Below, piece after piece: positions 57,331 to 64,000 of a DNA stretch of 64,000 nucleotides (positions within the stretch are counted from its first letter, which is position 1; each line of letters opens with the position of its first letter). Source of the stretch: Clostridia bacterium (lineage in GTDB: Bacteria; UBA6262; WVXT01); assembly GCA_009619095.1 (NCBI GenBank), contig WJOT01000078.1, positions 6,232-70,231 on the forward strand. Direction: 5' to 3'. The position numbers were made by a program, and so were the translations under genes. Under the pieces are notes generated by a model. That model was not told the origin of the DNA. It saw only the letters and a program-made list of their open reading frames with translations, and did not search any database.

Positions 57331-57433
57331 AAGTTTAGAAGATAGTTTGTTCACCCCGCCCCTCCAGAGGAGCGGGGTTCATCGCTTGAGGAATTTCTTA
57401 ACGCCAAGTGCTCTTCACAAACTATCTTCTAAA
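57331..57433 (+). terminator. Long inverted repeat (AGAAGATAGTTTGTTCACC / GTGAACAAACTATCTTCT-like) enclosing a GC hairpin CCCCGCCCCTCC-AG-AGGAGCGGGG. Probable terminator/structured element after the kinase gene.
   Basis: 16-bp outer inverted repeat at 57331-57346 and 57414-57433, plus an inner 10-bp GC stem at 57346-57370. Confidence 0.35.
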
Positions 57434-57480
57434 TAATGTAGCTAAAGAGTGAAACTCTGCTTTAGAGAGAGGGAACTTTT

Positions 57481-58413
57481 ATGGCTAAAAGGAAAATCTT
57501 AGTTGTTGATGATGAAAAGTATGTAGTGGAACTGATCAGGGATATCCTGGAATCAGGAGGATATAAGGTTATTCCTGCTTACAACGCTAAGGAGGCACTA
57601 GAAAAAGTCTATACCGAATCTCCCGATTTGATTCTCCTGGACATTTTGATGCCCAAGGTAGACGGATATCAGGTTTGCCGGGAGATAAGAGGTGACCTCC
57701 TCCTGTCCAATATTCCCATCATTATGTTAACAGTTAAAGGAGGAGAGAGAGATGAGATTAAGGGATTGGGCATCGGTGCTGATGACTATATAATAAAGCC
57801 TTTCCGGCCGGGTGTTCTCTTAGCCAGGGTGAAGATGGTGCTCAAACGCACCCTGCGAGGCTTGGAAGCAAACCCGCTCACTCGTCTTCCTGGCAATACC
57901 GCAATCATTGAGGAGATCGAAGAGCGTATCGACGGCGACAGACTTTTCGCAGTGCTCTATTTCGACCTCGACAATTTTAAGGCTTTTAACGACAGGCATA
58001 GCTTCGAACTCGGGGATAAAATAATCCAGCAGACAGCCAGGATAATTATCGAATATATAAAAGAGATGGGCAATCCTGAAGATTTTATCGGGCATATTGG
58101 CGGAGACGACTTCATCGCCATTACTACGCCGGATAAAATCGATTTAATCTGTTCTGCGATTATTAAATCGTTTGATAAAAAGATTCTTAAATTCTATTCA
58201 TCAAAAGACCGAATCAAGGGATACATCACAGGGAAAGACAGACAGGGGAACATAAATAAATTTCCCATAATGACCATAACCATTGGTGTAGTAACCAATA
58301 CGAGAAGGAAATTTAGCCATAAAGGACAGATTGTAGCAGTAGGTGCTGAGTTAAAGAAGCATATAAAGTCTCTTGAGGGGAGCAATTACATAATAGACAG
58401 GAGAACAAAATAG
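57481..58413 (+). CDS. Response regulator REC-GGDEF (diguanylate cyclase-like) with a degenerate GGDDF motif
   Basis: REC ILVVDDEKYVVELI...DLILLDILMP followed by a GGDEF domain in which the signature reads HIGGDDFIAI. Confidence 0.75.
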   Translation: MAKRKILVVDDEKYVVELIRDILESGGYKVIPAYNAKEALEKVYTESPDLILLDILMPKVDGYQVCREIRGDLLLSNIPIIMLTVKGGERDEIKGLGIGADDYIIKPFRPGVLLARVKMVLKRTLRGLEANPLTRLPGNTAIIEEIEERIDGDRLFAVLYFDLDNFKAFNDRHSFELGDKIIQQTARIIIEYIKEMGNPEDFIGHIGGDDFIAITTPDKIDLICSAIIKSFDKKILKFYSSKDRIKGYITGKDRQGNINKFPIMTITIGVVTNTRRKFSHKGQIVAVGAELKKHIKSLEGSNYIIDRRTK

Positions 58414-58438
58414 AAATCACCATAATGAGATAGGAGGA

Positions 58439-59134
58439 GTGGTTGTGGCAAAACAGAAGATTTTAGTGGTCGATGATGAACCAGACCTTGTGGAACTGGT
58501 CAAAGATGTATTAGAGCGGAATAATTACTTTGTCATTTCGGCACGCAATGCTGATCTTGCTATCAAGAAGGTCAAAGAATCTAATCCCGACCTCATAATT
58601 TTAGATTTGAATCTCCCGGGTATCGGGGGTATAGAGGTTTGTCGTATTTTGAAGCGAGATAAAAAAACGAGTTCTATTCCCATTATCATGTTGACTGTAA
58701 AATCGACTGAGACTGACAAGATTGCTGGGTTGGAAGCAGGAGCTGACGACTATATGACCAAGCCTTTCAGTACAGCTGAACTGGTGGCCAGAACGAGGGC
58801 TGTTCTAAGAAGGATTCTCTATGCAGGCGAGCCCGGAGAGGTTCTGGTGTCTGGAGAGATTAGGCTCGATTCAACTGAACATATGGTATATGTAATGGAT
58901 AAACAAATCGACCTTACACCAAAAGAGTTTAATCTGCTTTATCTGTTAATGAAAAAAAAGGGCAAAGTGCTCAGCAGAACTTTTCTCATTGAAAATATCT
59001 GGGGATACGAATATCTCGGTGGCACAAGAACTGTGGATGTCCACGTGCGCCATTTGAGGGAGAAGCTGGGGGAAGAGGGGAAGAAGGTAGAAACTGTGGA
59101 AGGCGTGGGTTATAAGTTTGTTGAGGAAGAGTGA
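58439..59134 (+). CDS. OmpR/PhoB-family DNA-binding response regulator (alternative GTG start at 58445)
   Basis: REC plus winged-helix domain VLSRTFLIENIWGYEYLGGTRTVDVHVRHLREKL. Confidence 0.85.
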   Translation: MVVAKQKILVVDDEPDLVELVKDVLERNNYFVISARNADLAIKKVKESNPDLIILDLNLPGIGGIEVCRILKRDKKTSSIPIIMLTVKSTETDKIAGLEAGADDYMTKPFSTAELVARTRAVLRRILYAGEPGEVLVSGEIRLDSTEHMVYVMDKQIDLTPKEFNLLYLLMKKKGKVLSRTFLIENIWGYEYLGGTRTVDVHVRHLREKLGEEGKKVETVEGVGYKFVEEE

Positions 59135-59280
59135 ATATTCAATCTTGCCCTGCTCGGTTTTCCCATAAATGACCATTTCTGAAAGCCATATAAAGTTTAC
59201 AAAAATTTTACAAATTGTTAACCTAAACTTAACATTAATAGATTATACTTAATATAGGGAAAGACAGGATTTACTATTGT

Positions 59281-59700
59281 GTGGAGAAGATGACTATGAA
59301 AGCAAAGATTTTAATCGTGGACGACGATCCAGATCTTACAAATCTGGTTAAAACTATTCTGGAAGCAGAAGACTATATGGTCTATGCGGCGGAGAGCGGG
59401 GAAGAGGCATTGGGAGAAGTGCCTAAAGTGAGGCCTGACTTGATCATTCTAGACATAATACTTCCGGGTATAGACGGTTATGACACGTGCAAGATTTTAA
59501 AGACCGACGACCACACGAATTTTATTCCTATTATAATATTGAGCATTAAGTGTTCGGTTAAAGACAGGGTTGTTGGACTAAATAAGGGAGCAGACGATTA
59601 CATTACTAAGCCTTTTGACCCTGATGAGTTAACGGCAAGGGTAGAAGCAGTGTTAAGGGGCTATGGACACTCGCCCATTTCTAGAGGCAAGAGAAACTGA
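59281..59700 (+). CDS. Single-domain (CheY-like) response regulator
   Basis: ILIVDDDPDLTNLV...DLIILDIILPGIDGYDTCKIL...KGADDYITKPF. Confidence 0.8.
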   Translation: MEKMTMKAKILIVDDDPDLTNLVKTILEAEDYMVYAAESGEEALGEVPKVRPDLIILDIILPGIDGYDTCKILKTDDHTNFIPIIILSIKCSVKDRVVGLNKGADDYITKPFDPDELTARVEAVLRGYGHSPISRGKRN

Positions 59701-59733
59701 CTCTTTGCCCGGAGTTGAGATTTTTTATAATGA

Positions 59734-59768
59734 CCCTCTGACATATTATGTTAGAGGGTTTTCTTTTG
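59734..59768 (+). terminator. Rho-independent terminator CCCTCTGACATATTATGTTAGAGGG + TTTTCTTTTGT
   Basis: 7-bp GC-containing stem, loop, then a T-tract directly after the stop at 59700. Confidence 0.6.
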
Positions 59769-59801
59769 TCAGCTTTTCTCTCCAACTATAGTCCATTTTC
59801 T

Positions 59802-59836
59802 CTTGACAAATAGCGATTAAAAAAGGTAAAATAAAT
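59802..59836 (+). promoter_or_regulatory. Candidate sigma70 promoter for gyrB (TTGACA-18 nt-TAAAAT)
   Basis: Hexamers read from the sequence about 260 nt upstream of gyrB. Confidence 0.3.
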
Positions 59837-60051
59837 TGGAGAAATCGAAATTGGAAGTATTCCCGAAGGGGTTAGCTTGTTTTTATGCATTGGAAATGGT
59901 CAAATAATTGACATCAGGGAAATAGTTATGATTATTGATATGCGAAAGGCGAAGTGGGGACAATTTTCCAGTTTAAAACAGAAGGCAAAAGCAGCGATAT
60001 TACTTGAGGATGGTTCCTTCCACTTATCGGGAATCAGTGCTCGAGCTATAG

Positions 60052-62526
<2,475 letters not shown>

Positions 62527-62678
62527 TGGAAAGAAATAGAAAAGTTCGGTTTGTGCACTAAAAATTTTGCTATTTTCTCAAGCCGAATTTTTTTAACTAA
62601 AAAGAGACAGTAAAGCAAAAAATTAAAAGCTGCTCCTCAAAATCAACTCTTCCTTAAAGAGAAATTAAAGGAAAGATA

Positions 62679-64000
62679 ATGGAATCTTCTGAAAAAATTA
62701 TACCGCGAACCATAGAAGATGAGATGAAAGACTCTTATATAGACTATGCCATGAGCGTAATTGTGGGTAGAGCTCTTCCCGATGTAAGGGATGGCTTGAA
62801 ACCGGTTCACCGGCGTATTCTCTACGCTATGCAGGAGCTCGGTTTACTTCACAATAAGCCTTATAAGAAGAGTGCCCGTATTGTGGGGGAAGTGCTGGGA
62901 AAGTACCATCCCCATGGAGATATGGCTGTATATGATGCTATGGTGAGAATGGTTCAGGATTTCTCCTTAAGGCATCCTCTCATTGATGGACAGGGCAATT
63001 TTGGCTGTTTCACCAAAGATACCAAGGTTCGACTTACTGATAGCAGATCTCTAAGTTTTGGCCAGCTTATAAAGGAAGCCAGGAAAGGAAAGAAAAATTA
63101 CACTTTTACTTTTAATCCTGTTACGCAAAAAATTGAAATTGCTGAGATTAAAGAGCCAAGATTAACCAGAAAAAAAGCAAAAATTATCAAGGTTATTTTA
63201 GATAACGGTGAGGCGATTAAATGCACCCCCGACCATCCTTTTATGTTAAGAGGCGGTACTTATAAGAAAGCCAGAGACCTAAAATCACGGGACTCTTTGA
63301 TGCCACTATATACTAAGCTTTATAATGGTAAAGATGATCCCAATCTAAAGGGATACGAAATATTTTACCAACCAATCCAAGATGAGTGGGAATTTACTCA
63401 CCATTCCTCAGATAGCTGGAATTTAAATAATGGTGAATACATTAGAAGTTCCGGCAAGATAAGGCACCACTTAGACTTTAATAAATTAAACAACAACCCG
63501 GATAATATTCGAAGAATTCAATGGAAAGATCATTGGCAGTTCCATAGAGAAATCACTTTATGGCGGCATAAAAATGACCCTGCGTACGTAAAAAAACTTG
63601 CAGAGGGAAGAAAAAAATTTTGGGCTGATCCCCGAAATCGCCAGCAGGCTTCTAAATTTCGGTCGGAATTGAATAGAAAAAGTTGGCGAGAGCCTTCTTA
63701 TCGAAAAAAGATGAGCGAAATTATCAAACGAGCCTGGCAAAATCCTGAATATCGGCAAAGAATAATTGAAGAATCAAGTAAGAATCTAAAGAATCTATGG
63801 AAAAGAAAAGACTTCCGCGAGTTATTAAGTAAGCTAAAGTCAAAGGAACTTAAAAAAAGGTGGCAAGACGAAAAGTACAAAGTCTTTATCGCAGAAATTA
63901 CTCGGAGAACATCATTAAAAATTTGGTCCAACCCCAAGCATCGTGGATATATATCAGAATTGAGTAAAGGGCTATGGCGGAACCCTGAGTACCGAAAGAA
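62679..64000 (+). CDS. gyrA: DNA gyrase subunit A, interrupted by an in-frame intein. 3'-truncated by the window edge.
   Basis: [51 protein letters not shown]...[33 protein letters not shown], then intein sequence from codon 110. Confidence 0.85.
   Translation, partial: MESSEKIIPRTIEDEMKDSYIDYAMSVIVGRALPDVRDGLKPVHRRILYAMQELGLLHNKPYKKSARIVGEVLGKYHPHGDMAVYDAMVRMVQDFSLRHPLIDGQGNFGCFTKDTKVRLTDSRSLSFGQLIKEARKGKKNYTFTFNPVTQKIEIAEIKEPRLTRKKAKIIKVILDNGEAIKCTPDHPFMLRGGTYKKARDLKSRDSLMPLYTKLYNGKDDPNLKGYEIFYQPIQDEWEFTHHSSDSWNLNNGEYIRSSGKIRHHLDFNKLNNNPDNIRRIQWKDHWQFHREITLWRHKNDPAYVKKLAEGRKKFWADPRNRQQASKFRSELNRKSWREPSYRKKMSEIIKRAWQNPEYRQRIIEESSKNLKNLWKRKDFRELLSKLKSKELKKRWQDEKYKVFIAEITRRTSLKIWSNPKHRGYISELSKGLWRNPEYRK
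63006..64000 (+). other. Intein (N-terminal Hint splicing region plus HNH-type homing-endonuclease region with NUMOD3-like repeats) inserted after GQGNFG of GyrA. The C-terminal end lies beyond the window.
   Basis: Block [11 protein letters not shown] and block B TPDHPF. HNH-like [29 protein letters not shown]. Six or more about 20-aa repeats W.NPEYR...SE..K. Confidence 0.7.

Overview
This 64-kb window is a low-GC bacterial chromosome segment that contains the replication-origin region, with rpmH-rnpA-yidD-yidC-jag-mnmE on the minus strand diverging from dnaA-dnaN-(DUF721)-...-gyrB-gyrA on the plus strand. Candidate bipartite oriC DnaA-box clusters flank dnaA, and recF is absent from this locus. 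Other recognisable content: a nine-gene V-type ATPase operon (G/H-I-K-E-C-F-A-B-D, minus strand), pyruvate:ferredoxin oxidoreductase subunits (porGDA), recR, dnaX, panB, ndk, a GTP-type PEP carboxykinase, parAB-rsmG, nadE, rsmI, several two-component and c-di-GMP signalling genes, and a T9SS-CTD small protein next to a FadL/PorV-like-OmpA outer-membrane protein. Unusual features: (1) a perfect 2160-bp tandem duplication that copies two tRNAs and two genes and truncates an OMP gene and a response-regulator gene; (2) a gyrA intein with an HNH-type endonuclease domain at a non-canonical site after GQGNFG; (3) a solo IS605-family tnpB insertion that is GC-richer than the host; (4) an extremely AT-rich three-gene islet of small membrane or lipoproteins next to tRNA-Ser, with paired GC-rich about 150-nt leader elements and a 55-bp miniature repeat; (5) a mosaic family of intergenic palindromic elements built around TCCCGAT-N3-ATCGGGA; (6) a triplicated promoter/5' end of the patatin gene, each copy carrying a 22-bp perfect palindrome; (7) a highly structured about 210-nt leader upstream of the V-ATPase operon. 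No CRISPR array and no rRNA were seen. All calls rest on sequence inspection only; no database searches were run.
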